This document shows positions 29,206 to 40,204 of a DNA stretch of 64,000 bases, one piece after another; position 1 is the stretch's first letter, and the number at the start of each line of letters is the position of its first letter. The stretch is from positions 128,001-192,000 of the forward strand of contig JACKPA010000012.1 in assembly GCA_024233865.1 (NCBI GenBank), in the 5' to 3' direction. The notes beneath the pieces were generated by a model. That model made no database searches and was not told the origin of the DNA. It worked only from the letters and a program-made list of their open reading frames with translations. The DNA comes from Leptospiraceae bacterium (GTDB taxonomy: Bacteria; Spirochaetota; Leptospiria; Leptospirales; Leptospiraceae). A program made the translations under genes and the position numbers.

Positions 29206-30252
29206 ATGAAAACACTAAAAACCAGAGGGCATATATTCTCAGATTCCAATCAACAATTGGAAGACTATAGGTTCATTTTTAAAAAAAATGACTTGCCCGC
29301 TTTCCAAGAGAAAATGAAAGAGATTGGACTTTATCCTTTCAAACCTACCCAAATTGAAATTCTTCAAATCAATTTAGGGAAAATGTGTAACCAAACTTGT
29401 AAACATTGTCATGTTGATGCCGGACCTGAAAGAAAAGAAATTATGACTCACAAAACAATGGAAGTTTGCTTAGAAATTTTAAAAAATCATGACATTGGAA
29501 TTGTTGACCTTACCGGTGGTGCTCCGGAGTTAAATCCAGATTTTAGATGGTTTGTGGAAGAAATCAAAAAGCTAAACCGCCATATAATTGTTAGGTGCAA
29601 TTTAACAATTCTGCTTGCCGGAGAAAAATTCCAAAGTTTACCGGAGTTTTATGCTCTACACAAAGTTGAAATTGTTTCCTCCCTGCCATTTTACACCACA
29701 TTAAAAACCGATAGCCAAAGGGGTGAAGGGGTTTTTGATAAGTCCATAATCGCTCTCAAAAAGCTCAACCAAATTGGATATGGAATAGAAGGTTCAGGCT
29801 TGACATTAAACTTGGTTTATAATCCTTCTGGAGCTTTTTTACCAGGTAACCAACAGTCCTTAGAAGCAGATTTTAAAAGAAATCTACAAAACAAATATGG
29901 GATCGTTTTTAATAACCTGTTCACTATAACCAATATGCCAATTAGTAGGTTTTTGGACTATTTGCATACAAGTGGGAATTATGAAGACTATATGGAAAAG
30001 TTAGTTACTTCTTTTAATCCTAGTGCTGCCCAGAACGTAATGTGTAGGAACATGATTTCCGTTAGTTGGGATGGATTTTTATACGACTGCGATTTCAACC
30101 AGATGCTAGATTTAAAAATTGCTTCCGAGTCCAACCATATTATTGATTTTAATATGGAAATCCTTAAAAACCGAGAAATCGTTTTAAACCAACATTGTTA
30201 CGGATGTACGGCTGGTGGAGGTTCCAGCTGCGGAGGTGCCATTACAAAATAG
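29206..30252 (+). CDS. arsS: Radical SAM / Cys-rich-domain protein (arsenosugar-biosynthesis ArsS-type)
   Basis: CNQTCKHCHV (Cx3Cx2C-type cluster with inserted residues) and C-terminal CYGCTAGGGSSCGGA Cys-rich tail; paired with an AhpD-like gene. Confidence 0.65.
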   Translation: MKTLKTRGHIFSDSNQQLEDYRFIFKKNDLPAFQEKMKEIGLYPFKPTQIEILQINLGKMCNQTCKHCHVDAGPERKEIMTHKTMEVCLEILKNHDIGIVDLTGGAPELNPDFRWFVEEIKKLNRHIIVRCNLTILLAGEKFQSLPEFYALHKVEIVSSLPFYTTLKTDSQRGEGVFDKSIIALKKLNQIGYGIEGSGLTLNLVYNPSGAFLPGNQQSLEADFKRNLQNKYGIVFNNLFTITNMPISRFLDYLHTSGNYEDYMEKLVTSFNPSAAQNVMCRNMISVSWDGFLYDCDFNQMLDLKIASESNHIIDFNMEILKNREIVLNQHCYGCTAGGGSSCGGAITK

Positions 30253-30262
30253 TGCGGGGAAA

Positions 30263-31384
30263 TTAGCTTTTTTTCAAAGTAAAGTAGAATGTACTACCCA
30301 TTTCGTTTTCGCTTTCTACCCAAATATGACCACCGTTTTTCTCTACAAACTCTTTACATAAAATAAGCCCAAGTCCCGTTCCTCTCTCATCATCTGTTCC
30401 TCTTGTTGAAAAGCCCTCTTCAATTTTGAAAAGCTTGCCTAAATTTTCTTGTGTTATTCCTATGCCCGTGTCTCTAACATAAAATAGGATTTCATCTTTT
30501 TCATAGGATTTACAACCTATGGCTATGGAACCGCCCTTTGGCGTAAATTTTATAGCATTAGACAGAAGGTTTCTAAATACGGTTTGAATCATTTCCCTAT
30601 CTGCTATTGCTTGGTGATTATCCGGGCATAGTATTTCATTTTGAATTGTAATCTGTTTTGCATCTGCTAAAGTGAATTTATGAAAAGTTGTAACATCATT
30701 GATGAGAGCTTTTATATCAAACGATGTTGGATTGAATGGAATTTTGTTTGTTTGTGATCTAGACCACGTTAAAAGGTTTTGTAACAAATTCAAGGTATGC
30801 TTGGAGCTATCGTAGATCATTCCAATAAATCGTTTATTTTCTTCCAGACTAAAAGTTTCCCCACTGTTTAGGAGCAATTCGGAAACACTAATCAGGGCAT
30901 TAAAAGGATTTTTGAGATCATGGGCAATAATGGAAAAAAATTTATCCTTTGTTGCATTGAGTGACTCGAGTTGTTCCATTTGGTTTTGAATAATTTCTTG
31001 AGAGCGTTTGAACTTTAGATGCGTATTCACTCGTTGAAGCAGTTCTATAGGATTGAAAGGCTTCACAACATAGTCAACACCTCCATATTCAAATCCTTTG
31101 ATTACGTCTTCGGTTTGGGAACGAGCTGTCAAAAAAATAATTGGTACATTTAGTGTTTTCGGGTTTTCTTTTAATTTTTTACATACTTCGTACCCGTCCA
31201 TTCCAGGCATGGAAATGTCCAATAAAATCAGGTCTATTTTTGCTTCGGATACGATTTTTAGAGCTTGTTTGCCATTGAGAGCAGCATAAGACTCAATGTT
31301 ATTTTCATTCAGAATATTTCCAACTATTTGTAGGTTTTCGGGAATATCATCAACAATAAGTACTGTAAAACTATCTTGCTCCAT
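30263..31384 (-). CDS. Hybrid sensor: N-terminal response-regulator receiver + HisKA + HATPase histidine kinase
   Basis: LIVDDIPEN...DLILLDISMPGMDGYE (REC), SIIAHDLKNP (H-box), GTGLGLILCKEFVEKNGG (G2 box). Confidence 0.8.
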   Translation of the reverse strand: MEQDSFTVLIVDDIPENLQIVGNILNENNIESYAALNGKQALKIVSEAKIDLILLDISMPGMDGYEVCKKLKENPKTLNVPIIFLTARSQTEDVIKGFEYGGVDYVVKPFNPIELLQRVNTHLKFKRSQEIIQNQMEQLESLNATKDKFFSIIAHDLKNPFNALISVSELLLNSGETFSLEENKRFIGMIYDSSKHTLNLLQNLLTWSRSQTNKIPFNPTSFDIKALINDVTTFHKFTLADAKQITIQNEILCPDNHQAIADREMIQTVFRNLLSNAIKFTPKGGSIAIGCKSYEKDEILFYVRDTGIGITQENLGKLFKIEEGFSTRGTDDERGTGLGLILCKEFVEKNGGHIWVESENEMGSTFYFTLKKS

Positions 31385-31396
31385 TTGCTTACCTTT

Positions 31397-33733
31397 TTAT
31401 TCGGATAATACTTCAATAATAACAGGAAATTCTTTTAATAGATTCACAATTTTTCGAATATCATAATTTTTGGAAGCAGTCTTTAATTGCTGTGAATAAT
31501 CAGTCAGTGGCGCGATTTTATATTTTCGTGCAATATCTCCTACCTCACTGGCAAATCCTCTAATTTCCGGCATGGAGATAAACGTTTCAACTTGTTTATG
31601 AGCAGGGAGTAAGGTTTTCAGCCTTTCTACGGATTCCCAAAGAATTTCTTTTGAAATGTTTGTTTTGAATTGATTCAAATTATTCAAAAGACTATTATGT
31701 TCCGCTTTATTTTGTGATTTTAAGCTATAAGGCAGATGCTTCATCAAAATATTTATCAAGTCTTTTTTGGAAACCGGTTTTTGCATAATTGTATCAAAGC
31801 ATTGGGGCATTATTTCTATTTTGGAAGACACCGTCTGAGCTATAATTGGTATGGATTTATATTTTGGATTTTCTTTTAATTTTTTTGCTGCTTCGTCTCC
31901 ATTCATTTGGGGCATATAGATGTCCATAATGATTAAATCAAGTTGATGCTGTTCAAACATTTCCAAAGCTTCGATTCCATTTGATGCCTCTAAGATTTCC
32001 AAATTGTATTTATGCAGATAAGCTTTGAATATGTTACGATTGCTTTGAATATCATCAACTATGAGAATTGTAGCATTTTCAAATTCGATTTCATTATAAG
32101 AAAGTGATATATCTTCTTTTGTCTCTGTCTGTTGTACGGAAATGTTTTTAAAGTGGACCGTAAATTCAGAACCGTTCCCCAAAGTGCTTTTCACCTCAAT
32201 ACTACCATTCAAGGCTTCAGCCAATCTTTTGCTAATGGATAAACCAAGACCTGTTCCACCATATTTTTTGATATTTTGACTTTCTCTCTGGCGAAACGGC
32301 TCGAATATAAGTGCAATTTCTTTGTCTTCTATGCCGATTCCACTATCCTTTACACAAACATCAAAGTTAATTCTACCTGATTCCGGTTCCAATTGCCAAT
32401 GTTCTATGGATACTTTGACATAACCTCTATCCGTAAATTTAATGGCATTGCCAATTAGGTTAAACAAAATTTGGCGTAACCTGGCTTCATCAATCAAAAC
32501 ACATTCGGGAAAATCGTGAGGTATTTCAATAGGGAATTCAATACTTTTTTGATTGGCATTCATAAAGAAAACTTGTTTGATTTCTGTGAGTAGAGACTTG
32601 ATATTTGTTGCAGACTCTCTTATTTGTAAACGCCCTGCTTCTATTTTGGAAAGATCAAGAATATCGTTTATCAAATTTAGTAAATTTTTTCCGCTATTGA
32701 GTATTCCTTCGAAATAGTCAGTATATTCAGGTTTATGAGATAGTTTATCTTTTAGAATTTCAGAAAAACCAAGAATAACGTTCATGGGAGTTCGGATTTC
32801 GTGGGATATATTGGCAATAAATTCCGACTTAACCAAGTTGGCTCTTTCTGCTTCTTCTTTGGCTGTAACGAGCTCTTGTTCTATTTGCTTGCGACCACTA
32901 ATATTACGATTGAATATGGCAATCCCGTCATCCATTGGTACGACTTGATGATAATACCAACCAACTGTTTGATTGGTAATAGCTGCCTGGAATTCTCCTT
33001 CTAATGGCATGCCGGTTTCACAAACTATTTTGTACTGTTCAAAAAAGCCTTGATTGTTTTCCATTGGGAATATTTCTAAGATGCTTTTTCCAATAGCTTC
33101 TTTTTGTGAGGACATTCCAATTTCTAAAACAGCATTGCCATTTAACTCCTCGATGATAAAGTCAATGATTTCATTGTTATCATTTTGCAGGTACTTTAAA
33201 AGGTAGATTGCATCCAAGTTGGACTCAATGGCTGTTTTAAATCGTTTTTCACTCTCTTTTAGAGCTTGTTGTACTTTTTTTTGCTCGGTTATATTTATTT
33301 TAACCGCCAGAAAATGAGCGATTTCTCCGTTATTACTTATGATTGGTGATATGGTCGCACTTTCCCAAAATGTTGTACCATCCTCGCGTTTGTTTAGAAA
33401 TTCACCCTGCCACGTTTTCCCTGATAAAATTGTTTCCCAAAGTTCTTTGTAGGTTTCTTTGGGAGTATGATTTGTTTTTAAGATTCGGTGATTTTTTCCT
33501 ACTACTTCTTCCAATTGATATCCGGTTAATTTTGTGAATTGAGGATTTACATATTCTATATTTCCGTATTTATCAGTTATCGATATACTGACTGGACTTT
33601 GTACAACCAAAGTAGAAAATTTTTGTAATTCTCGCTCCAGAAATGCTTGAGAACGCTTTAATTCTTTATTTTCAGCTTCGAGCTCTTCAATTTTATTGTG
33701 CAGCAATTCTTCTATATTTTCTGAACTTGACAT
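31397..33733 (-). CDS. PAS/PAC hybrid sensor histidine kinase with C-terminal receiver domain
   Basis: Coiled-coil, two PAS regions, [10 protein letters not shown] (H-box), [12 protein letters not shown] (G2), [11 protein letters not shown]...[16 protein letters not shown] (REC). Confidence 0.8.
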   Translation of the reverse strand: MSSSENIEELLHNKIEELEAENKELKRSQAFLERELQKFSTLVVQSPVSISITDKYGNIEYVNPQFTKLTGYQLEEVVGKNHRILKTNHTPKETYKELWETILSGKTWQGEFLNKREDGTTFWESATISPIISNNGEIAHFLAVKINITEQKKVQQALKESEKRFKTAIESNLDAIYLLKYLQNDNNEIIDFIIEELNGNAVLEIGMSSQKEAIGKSILEIFPMENNQGFFEQYKIVCETGMPLEGEFQAAITNQTVGWYYHQVVPMDDGIAIFNRNISGRKQIEQELVTAKEEAERANLVKSEFIANISHEIRTPMNVILGFSEILKDKLSHKPEYTDYFEGILNSGKNLLNLINDILDLSKIEAGRLQIRESATNIKSLLTEIKQVFFMNANQKSIEFPIEIPHDFPECVLIDEARLRQILFNLIGNAIKFTDRGYVKVSIEHWQLEPESGRINFDVCVKDSGIGIEDKEIALIFEPFRQRESQNIKKYGGTGLGLSISKRLAEALNGSIEVKSTLGNGSEFTVHFKNISVQQTETKEDISLSYNEIEFENATILIVDDIQSNRNIFKAYLHKYNLEILEASNGIEALEMFEQHQLDLIIMDIYMPQMNGDEAAKKLKENPKYKSIPIIAQTVSSKIEIMPQCFDTIMQKPVSKKDLINILMKHLPYSLKSQNKAEHNSLLNNLNQFKTNISKEILWESVERLKTLLPAHKQVETFISMPEIRGFASEVGDIARKYKIAPLTDYSQQLKTASKNYDIRKIVNLLKEFPVIIEVLSE

Positions 33734-33800
33734 AAACGCTATAAACCAGTGTCATGGTGAGCTTGTCGAACCATGAATTTTTTAGTTAAACTTATAGTTA

Positions 33801-34961
33801 CTATTTTTTTGATTTCTTTAAAGTAAAGTAGAATTTGCTACCTTTACCGATAGTACTTTTTACACGAATTTTTCCTTTGTTTTTTGCCACAAATTCTTTA
33901 CATAGTATCAGTCCGAGTCCAGTACCTTTTTCATTTTCTGTTCCCAGTGTGGAATGGGTTTTTTCTATCTTGAACAGATTGCTTTGCCTTTCCGGTGAAA
34001 TGCCAACACCCGTATCACTGACGCTAAGGAGGATTTTGTCATTTTCTTTCTGTTTGCAAAAGATGGTAACCACTCCACCTTTGGGCGTAAATTTAATCGC
34101 ATTGGAAATTAAATTTCTAAGTACTGTTTGGATCATATCTTTGTCCGCAAACACTTTTAAGTCTTCTGATTTGATCCTTATTTTAAGCTCAATTTGTTTG
34201 GAAATTGCAGAGGTGGTTTGATAAAGCATGGTAACATCTTTGATTAGCCACTGTATATCAAAATCAATAGGAGTGTATGCAATCTTTTTAGATTGCAGCT
34301 TGGACCAAAGTAAAAGGTTTTCCAATAATACGTATGTTTGTTTACTGCTATTGTATAGAATATTTGCCCAATATTTTATTTTTTCCGGACTAAGTTCAGA
34401 ATGGTTGTCTATTAAAAAACTCGAAATATTTACCAAAGAAGTGAACGGGCTTTTGAGATCATGAGAGATAATGGAAAAAAATTTATCCTTGGTTGCATTT
34501 AATTTTTTTAAACGCTTTGCCAAAGCTCTATATTTTTCTTTGCTTTCCTTTAATAATTTTTCTGTTTGATAACGATCTTCTATATCATGAATTATGGAAC
34601 ATAAAACTTCTTTTTTACCTACAACCATTTTGGCGCTATATACTTCTACATGGCGAATATTTCCATTGGAAAGTCGATGCCTAAAAAAGAAATGGTTTCG
34701 TTTTTCATTTTTTGCATTTTGCATTTCTGCGAGTATTTCATTAGGTGTTAAAATATTGATTTGATTTATATTCAATTTTGTTATTTGATCTATGGAATAA
34801 CCATAGTATTTGCAAGCTGCTTGGTTGGCATCAACAATGAATCCGCTTTCCGGATCAATCAAAAGCATAACTGAAAAATTATCATAAAAAAGTGTTTTGT
34901 ACCTTTGTTCGCTTTCATCAAGTTGTTGAGCAATTTTTAGTTCGTTGTTTTGGATTTTCAT
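33801..34961 (-). CDS. PAS sensor histidine kinase
   Basis: PAS segment, SIISHDLKSP (H-box), GTGLGLILCKEFVAKNKG (G2). Confidence 0.8.
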   Translation of the reverse strand: MKIQNNELKIAQQLDESEQRYKTLFYDNFSVMLLIDPESGFIVDANQAACKYYGYSIDQITKLNINQINILTPNEILAEMQNAKNEKRNHFFFRHRLSNGNIRHVEVYSAKMVVGKKEVLCSIIHDIEDRYQTEKLLKESKEKYRALAKRLKKLNATKDKFFSIISHDLKSPFTSLVNISSFLIDNHSELSPEKIKYWANILYNSSKQTYVLLENLLLWSKLQSKKIAYTPIDFDIQWLIKDVTMLYQTTSAISKQIELKIRIKSEDLKVFADKDMIQTVLRNLISNAIKFTPKGGVVTIFCKQKENDKILLSVSDTGVGISPERQSNLFKIEKTHSTLGTENEKGTGLGLILCKEFVAKNKGKIRVKSTIGKGSKFYFTLKKSKK

Positions 34962-34999
34962 TTGGATCGCAAAAGAAAATTATTTAGATTTATTAGATA

Positions 35000-36046
35000 T
35001 TAAACAACAACTTCACTAAATAGTTGAATCGTTTCTTGTTTACCATTTTCTTTGGCTAAGATAAGAGCATTTTTTTCATCTTTATTTTTTAGGTAAGTTG
35101 TGGCACCTCTTGTTAAAAACAAGTTGGCAGCTTTTGTTTTGCCGTGTTTGGCAGCTAGCATCAATACAGTATTTCCATCTTTATCCCTTGAATTTATGTC
35201 AAACCCGAAGTCTAACAATTTTTCCAATTTGGAAATGTTGTCTTCTAGGATTGCCTGAAAAAATTGAGTAAATAGACCGGCAGATAAAACGCTAAGGGTG
35301 TGTCGAAACTGGTATTTATCTGCTTCATCAAAAACACTATTTCCTTGGTTATTTCTAAGGGTGATGTCAGCACCTAAGGATAGCAAAATTTCAACCGATT
35401 CGGTGCTGTCATTGGAAACAGCAAATAGTAAAGCCGTATATCCATCCTGGTCTTTTTCGTTTATTGAACTGCCTTTTTTTACAAGAAGCCGAAGAGATTC
35501 AAAACAATTATTTTCAGCCGCCAGCATAAGAGGAGTTTTGCCTTCTACGTCTTTTGTGTCTAGCTTGGCACCATGTTCCAACAGTAATTCAATGGTTTCA
35601 ATATCTTTTGATTCTATGGCAGCATGAATAGGGTAGTTTCCATCACCACTTCTCGTATTTACATCAACTTTTTGCTTTAAAATGTGCTCTATAATACAGA
35701 TATCATTGGACAAAATAGCACGATGCAAAACCGTAAAGTTATCTTTATCCCTTTGGGTTAAGTCTACATTTTTTTGAGTTAATAAATAAACAATTTCTTT
35801 GTCTTTTTTTAGAATAGCTCCAAAAATAGGTGTATTTCCACTATTGTTGGGAAAATTAGGGTCAGAACCGTTTTCTATAAGCTTTCCCACTATTTCAATA
35901 CTTGACTCTTTGCAAGCCCAATAGAGGGGAGTTATACCATACCTGTCTCGGTAATTTAAATCTACATCTTCTCTTGAAAGAATAGCTATAACTTTATCAA
36001 TGTCATTTGCACGAATGGATTGTATAAGTACCTCTTCTTCTTTCAT
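35000..36046 (-). CDS. Ankyrin-repeat protein (~9 repeats)
   Basis: Repeated G.TPLH.A......V..LL..GAD motifs throughout. Confidence 0.8.
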   Translation of the reverse strand: MKEEEVLIQSIRANDIDKVIAILSREDVDLNYRDRYGITPLYWACKESSIEIVGKLIENGSDPNFPNNSGNTPIFGAILKKDKEIVYLLTQKNVDLTQRDKDNFTVLHRAILSNDICIIEHILKQKVDVNTRSGDGNYPIHAAIESKDIETIELLLEHGAKLDTKDVEGKTPLMLAAENNCFESLRLLVKKGSSINEKDQDGYTALLFAVSNDSTESVEILLSLGADITLRNNQGNSVFDEADKYQFRHTLSVLSAGLFTQFFQAILEDNISKLEKLLDFGFDINSRDKDGNTVLMLAAKHGKTKAANLFLTRGATTYLKNKDEKNALILAKENGKQETIQLFSEVVV

Positions 36047-36055
36047 AAAGCGACC

Positions 36056-36727
36056 CTAGAGTTCTTTGAATTCGTTGTAATATTGATTTACTTTTTTTAC
36101 ATAATTTTGGGTTTCTTCATAAGGGGGTATTCCGTTATGCTTGCGAACTGCTCCCGGACCAGCATTGTAGGCAGCTAAAGCGTGATCCCGATTTTTGAAA
36201 ATACGCATCATATCTTTTAGAAAATTTGTGCCACCTTTGATGTTTTGAGCCGGATCATAAGGATTGGAAACACCAAGTAGCTTAGCTGTTTGGGGCATTA
36301 GCTGCATCAAGCCCATTGCTCCGGCTTTTGACAAAGCTTTGGTTTTAAAGTTTGATTCTGCCTTAATTACTGCTTTTACAAGGTCTGGGTCTAAGCCTTT
36401 TGCCTTTGCTTCCGTATCAATTAATTTATTGATGGAATCCCAATTGTTCTTTTTTGATTTGGGTTGATTATGGTTTTTTTCTGACTTGGTTGTTTCTTCC
36501 ACAACCGGTTTCTGAATTTCATTCACTTTGTTTGCTTCATTTACCGGATGTGACTGATTGGTTTGACCCGTCTTAAGAGCGTTTTCCAATTCTTTCGAAA
36601 AGGACGGATTTGGTTCTTTGTTTTGAATCAGAGCAGAAGGATTTTGCTCCAATAAATTAACTTTAGAAGAGATTTCTCTAATTCTCTCCATGGTGTTGAT
36701 AAATGATTCCAGATTTTCTATCTTCAT
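36056..36727 (-). CDS. Lytic transglycosylase (SLT domain) protein
   Basis: [26 protein letters not shown] is the SLT catalytic region. Confidence 0.7.
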   Translation of the reverse strand: MKIENLESFINTMERIREISSKVNLLEQNPSALIQNKEPNPSFSKELENALKTGQTNQSHPVNEANKVNEIQKPVVEETTKSEKNHNQPKSKKNNWDSINKLIDTEAKAKGLDPDLVKAVIKAESNFKTKALSKAGAMGLMQLMPQTAKLLGVSNPYDPAQNIKGGTNFLKDMMRIFKNRDHALAAYNAGPGAVRKHNGIPPYEETQNYVKKVNQYYNEFKEL

Positions 36728-36923
36728 AGTTTATAATTCGGTAGTTTTTATTATGTACATCAGAAATTTTTTGCGTAAAAAAGCCAAGGAAATTCTTGCA
36801 TTTTTTTTGGGGTTTATGATCAAAAAAAATAAACGAGCTTTTTGGGGATTTCTTTTCTTGACATAGGGTAAAATTCTTTTATACCATTTGTATATGCTAA
36901 CCACTGAACAATGGAGGTTCGTA

Positions 36924-37564
36924 TGGCTTTTAGTAATTATAAAACCGTAGATGCTGTGCTTAAAGAGTTTCAAATTACCTATACCGAATCAAATTTTGTT
37001 ATAGAAACAGACTTTTCTATTTCGGACTATTTTCGAGAAGATTTGGAATTTATCAGAGAAGAAGGAGCACCCGAATGTTCGGAATATGCTATTTGTGAAA
37101 ACTTGATTTACCCACTATTAAAAGAAGTTTGGAAAAAATACTATAGTAAGTTTATGTTATGGAGCCACAAGTCACTCAATTATGATGAAAAATTATCAGG
37201 TTTTCCGGAGTATATTCTATCTAAACGTTCTCTGCTAGGAAAAATAGTCTTTGATCAGCCTTATTTTATGTTGGTAGAAGCAAAGCAAGATAATTTTGAA
37301 GTAGGGTGGGCACAATGTTTAGTTGAAATGTTTGCTGCCCAGAAATTAAATGAAAATCCGGATCAGGAGATATTTGGGATTACTTCCAATGGCTCTGTTT
37401 GGCAATTTGGAAAGTTAAAAGGTAGTCTTTTTACTAAAAATAAGAAATATTACTTACTAGATGATCTGAACAAGCTTTTGGGAGCGATTAATTATATATT
37501 TTTTCAGTGTGAAGTATTACTAGGTGGGGAAGAGAGGAGTGAACCTGAAAATGCTATGTGCTAG
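36924..37564 (+). CDS. HsdR-N-like PD-(D/E)xK protein, paralog 2
   Basis: GFPEYILSK...FMLVEAKQDNFEVGWAQCLVEMFAAQ...GITSNGSVWQF. Confidence 0.5.
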
Positions 37565-37580
37565 AATATTTAGGAGAATA

Positions 37581-38084
37581 ATGAAATTTATATTGATACC
37601 TGTATTATTGTTTTTATCATGTATAGGCATAGGATTTAAGGAGACCACGCCAGAACAACAACTTTTTCAAGCTACATCAGATGGTAATATAAAAAAAGCG
37701 AAACAACTTATATCAGAAGGAGCAAATATAAATGAGAGTCGAGCATTAATAGTTGCTTCATACAGAGGAAGAACAGAACTTGTCAACTTATTAATCAGTT
37801 ATGGAGCAGATGTAAATGTTAAATCTGATGTTTATGAGACTACGCCACTGTTTGCTGCGTCAGAACATGGTGGTAGAACAGATATTATGAAAATATTAAT
37901 CCAAGCTGGAGCTGACCCAAATTTCAAAGATCAATATGGACGAACACCTCTGTATTTTGCTTATAGGAGGAAAAATGCTGAAGAAATTAGAATATTAAAA
38001 CAAGCAGGTGCTAAAGAGCTTAATCTGAAGCAAACAAGAGATCAATGTAAATATTGTATTGGTTGCATGTGTCCTGTTGAATAA
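37581..38084 (+). CDS. Ankyrin-repeat lipoprotein
   Basis: LLFLSCIGI lipobox-like signal; three or four ankyrin repeats; RBS aggag upstream. Confidence 0.65.
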   Translation: MKFILIPVLLFLSCIGIGFKETTPEQQLFQATSDGNIKKAKQLISEGANINESRALIVASYRGRTELVNLLISYGADVNVKSDVYETTPLFAASEHGGRTDIMKILIQAGADPNFKDQYGRTPLYFAYRRKNAEEIRILKQAGAKELNLKQTRDQCKYCIGCMCPVE

Positions 38085-38191
38085 TTATCTCCGAACATAG
38101 TCGAATTGAATTTTAATGTTAAAAATCAATTGTGTTATGATGTATTGAAAAGGAGTAACAAGAAAATGCTTAATCTAGCAATCAAAAAATC

Positions 38192-38488
38192 ATGTATAAG
38201 TATACAACTGTTAGGGGTAATGAAAGTCAAATTAATATTATGAGAAATGATAGAATATACCAATCCATATTAAACCATTTAAGCCTAGTTCCGATTGATT
38301 ATTTACAAGAAGTAGATATTTATTTACGAAATCTTATTAAAATTCTTAAGAGGAAAGAACATAATAGGAAGATGATTTTGGAATTGGCAGGTTCTTGGAA
38401 TGATATGCAAGAAAAGGATTTTAATGAATTTTTATTTATTACTAAAAAAATAGGTAATGAGATGTTTAATCGAGATATAGAACTATGA
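38192..38488 (+). CDS. Putative antitoxin partner of the downstream PIN toxin
   Basis: Small ORF whose stop overlaps the PIN gene start (ATGA); no diagnostic motif. Confidence 0.35.
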   Translation: MYKYTTVRGNESQINIMRNDRIYQSILNHLSLVPIDYLQEVDIYLRNLIKILKRKEHNRKMILELAGSWNDMQEKDFNEFLFITKKIGNEMFNRDIEL

Positions 38489-38886
38489 AACAAGCTCTTA
38501 TAGATACAGACACACTTTCTTACTTTTTCCATAAGAACTCGGCAGTTGTCGAAAAACTAGATAAGTACTTAAAAGAATATGGTTTTATCAATATCAGTGT
38601 TGTTACATACTATGAGGTATTGAACGGTTTATATTTCAAAGATGCTAAAAATCAGTTAGTTAAATTTGAGCAGTTTGTTGAATTAAACGAGATTCTACCT
38701 TTGACGGACGAAATAGCTAAAAAATCAGCAGAAATTTATGCAGATTTGCGTAAGAAAGGGCAGACGATTGGACATAATGATACATTAATTGCAGGAACAG
38801 CCATTGTGAATGATATGACTTTAGTAACAAATAATACTAATCATTTTGGTAGAATAGAAGGCTTAGAAATTGATAATTGGGCATAA
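38485..38886 (+). CDS. vapC: PIN-domain toxin (VapC-like)
   Basis: LIDTDTLSYFF start and the conserved acidic-residue spacing of PIN domains; 133 aa. Confidence 0.7.
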   Translation: MKQALIDTDTLSYFFHKNSAVVEKLDKYLKEYGFINISVVTYYEVLNGLYFKDAKNQLVKFEQFVELNEILPLTDEIAKKSAEIYADLRKKGQTIGHNDTLIAGTAIVNDMTLVTNNTNHFGRIEGLEIDNWA

Positions 38887-38944
38887 CATTCTATTATCAA
38901 TTAGCATTGGTGTATGATTAGAATCAAAACTTTTTGAGAATAGT

Positions 38945-39592
38945 ATGAAAAACCAAAAATATAAAAAGCCAAAATCGTATTCGGATTTTACCATCCAAGA
39001 CTTACAAGATATGTTTGGTATCAAAGACAAAATAGATGCTCTAAACTTATGTAGAAAAGAAGTCGAACCAAGCGAATGGTTGTTGGCTACTTTTGCCAAA
39101 CACAAAGGCTTACCTATAGCTTCCGAAAAAGCCAAATCCGAAATGCTGATAACGCCGATACTTTTGGATATGCACGAAAGGCAACCAAGTGCATTTAGCT
39201 TTTTTTCGGGCTATACTTTTGAAGTTGATAAGAATCTGGCACTTACGGGAAGGTGTGATTATTTGATAACAAAGGAAATTCAAAGCACAAATATAGAAGC
39301 TCCCATAATAGGTATTTTTGAAGCAAAAGATGATAGCCTGGATAAGTGGTACGGACAGTGCGGAGCAGAAATGTACGCCGCAAGGCTTTTTAATGAAAGA
39401 CAAAAGGAAGATTATCCCGTCATTTTTGGAGCTGTTACAAACGGTTTTATATGGCAGTTTTTGAAATTGGAAAGAAATATCTTGCAGATAGACAGTGAAA
39501 CATTCGCCATCCAAAATCTACCCAAACTTTTGGGGGCATTGCAAAGTTTGATTGATTTTTATGGTAACAAAAACCAATTATCGGAAGGATAA
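38945..39592 (+). CDS. HsdR-N-like PD-(D/E)xK protein, paralog 3
   Basis: GRCDYLITK...IGIFEAKDDSLDKWYGQCGAEMYAAR...GAVTNGFIWQF. Confidence 0.5.
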   Translation: MKNQKYKKPKSYSDFTIQDLQDMFGIKDKIDALNLCRKEVEPSEWLLATFAKHKGLPIASEKAKSEMLITPILLDMHERQPSAFSFFSGYTFEVDKNLALTGRCDYLITKEIQSTNIEAPIIGIFEAKDDSLDKWYGQCGAEMYAARLFNERQKEDYPVIFGAVTNGFIWQFLKLERNILQIDSETFAIQNLPKLLGALQSLIDFYGNKNQLSEG

Positions 39593-39594
39593 AA

Positions 39595-40200
39595 ATGGCA
39601 TACGGAGATTTTACGGCAGTAGATTTAATAAAGAAGTTTGGAATAAAGTTTCGAGCGGAAAATTTATTCCAAGATGTGAAACCAATAGAGCCAACAGAAT
39701 GGTTAACTTCCGCTTTACGAAGAGCTACGGAACTGGGTTTTGGTAGTGAAAAATCACGCTCCGAAAGATTGGTGACACCTATTTTATTGGAGCTTAGTGA
39801 CTTTAACAACCATTCTTTTTCTGTTTACTCTGGTGTAAACTTAGACGTTGATGAGAATTTGGGGTTAAAAGGTGAATGTGATTTTATTTTCTCTTTTAGT
39901 AGAATACAAGATTTTGTAATGTCACCTATATTTTGTATCACAGAAGCCAAAAAGCAAGATTTGGAACAAGGTACAATACAAGCGTCAGCTCAACTGATAG
40001 GTGCAAAAAAATTAAATGAAATAGAAAATAATCCCATAGATATATTGTATGGCTGCTCTACAACCGGTATAGAATGGCGGTTTATTAAATATATTAATAA
40101 CGAGATGATTATAGACGAAACGCGATATTTGATAAGAGACTTAAGTAGTCTGTTAGGTGTTTTACAATATATCATTAATAGTGCAAAAAAATGGAATTAA
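39595..40200 (+). CDS. HsdR-N-like PD-(D/E)xK protein, paralog 4
   Basis: GECDFIFSF...FCITEAKKQDLEQG...GCSTTGIEWRF; starts 2 nt after paralog 3. Confidence 0.5.
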   Translation: MAYGDFTAVDLIKKFGIKFRAENLFQDVKPIEPTEWLTSALRRATELGFGSEKSRSERLVTPILLELSDFNNHSFSVYSGVNLDVDENLGLKGECDFIFSFSRIQDFVMSPIFCITEAKKQDLEQGTIQASAQLIGAKKLNEIENNPIDILYGCSTTGIEWRFIKYINNEMIIDETRYLIRDLSSLLGVLQYIINSAKKWN

Positions 40201-40204
40201 TGTG

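Noticed and set aside
36731-36973. 80-aa minus-strand ORF
   Set aside because: It overlaps the start of the HsdR-N-like paralog on the opposite strand, with basic low-complexity content. It is likely spurious.
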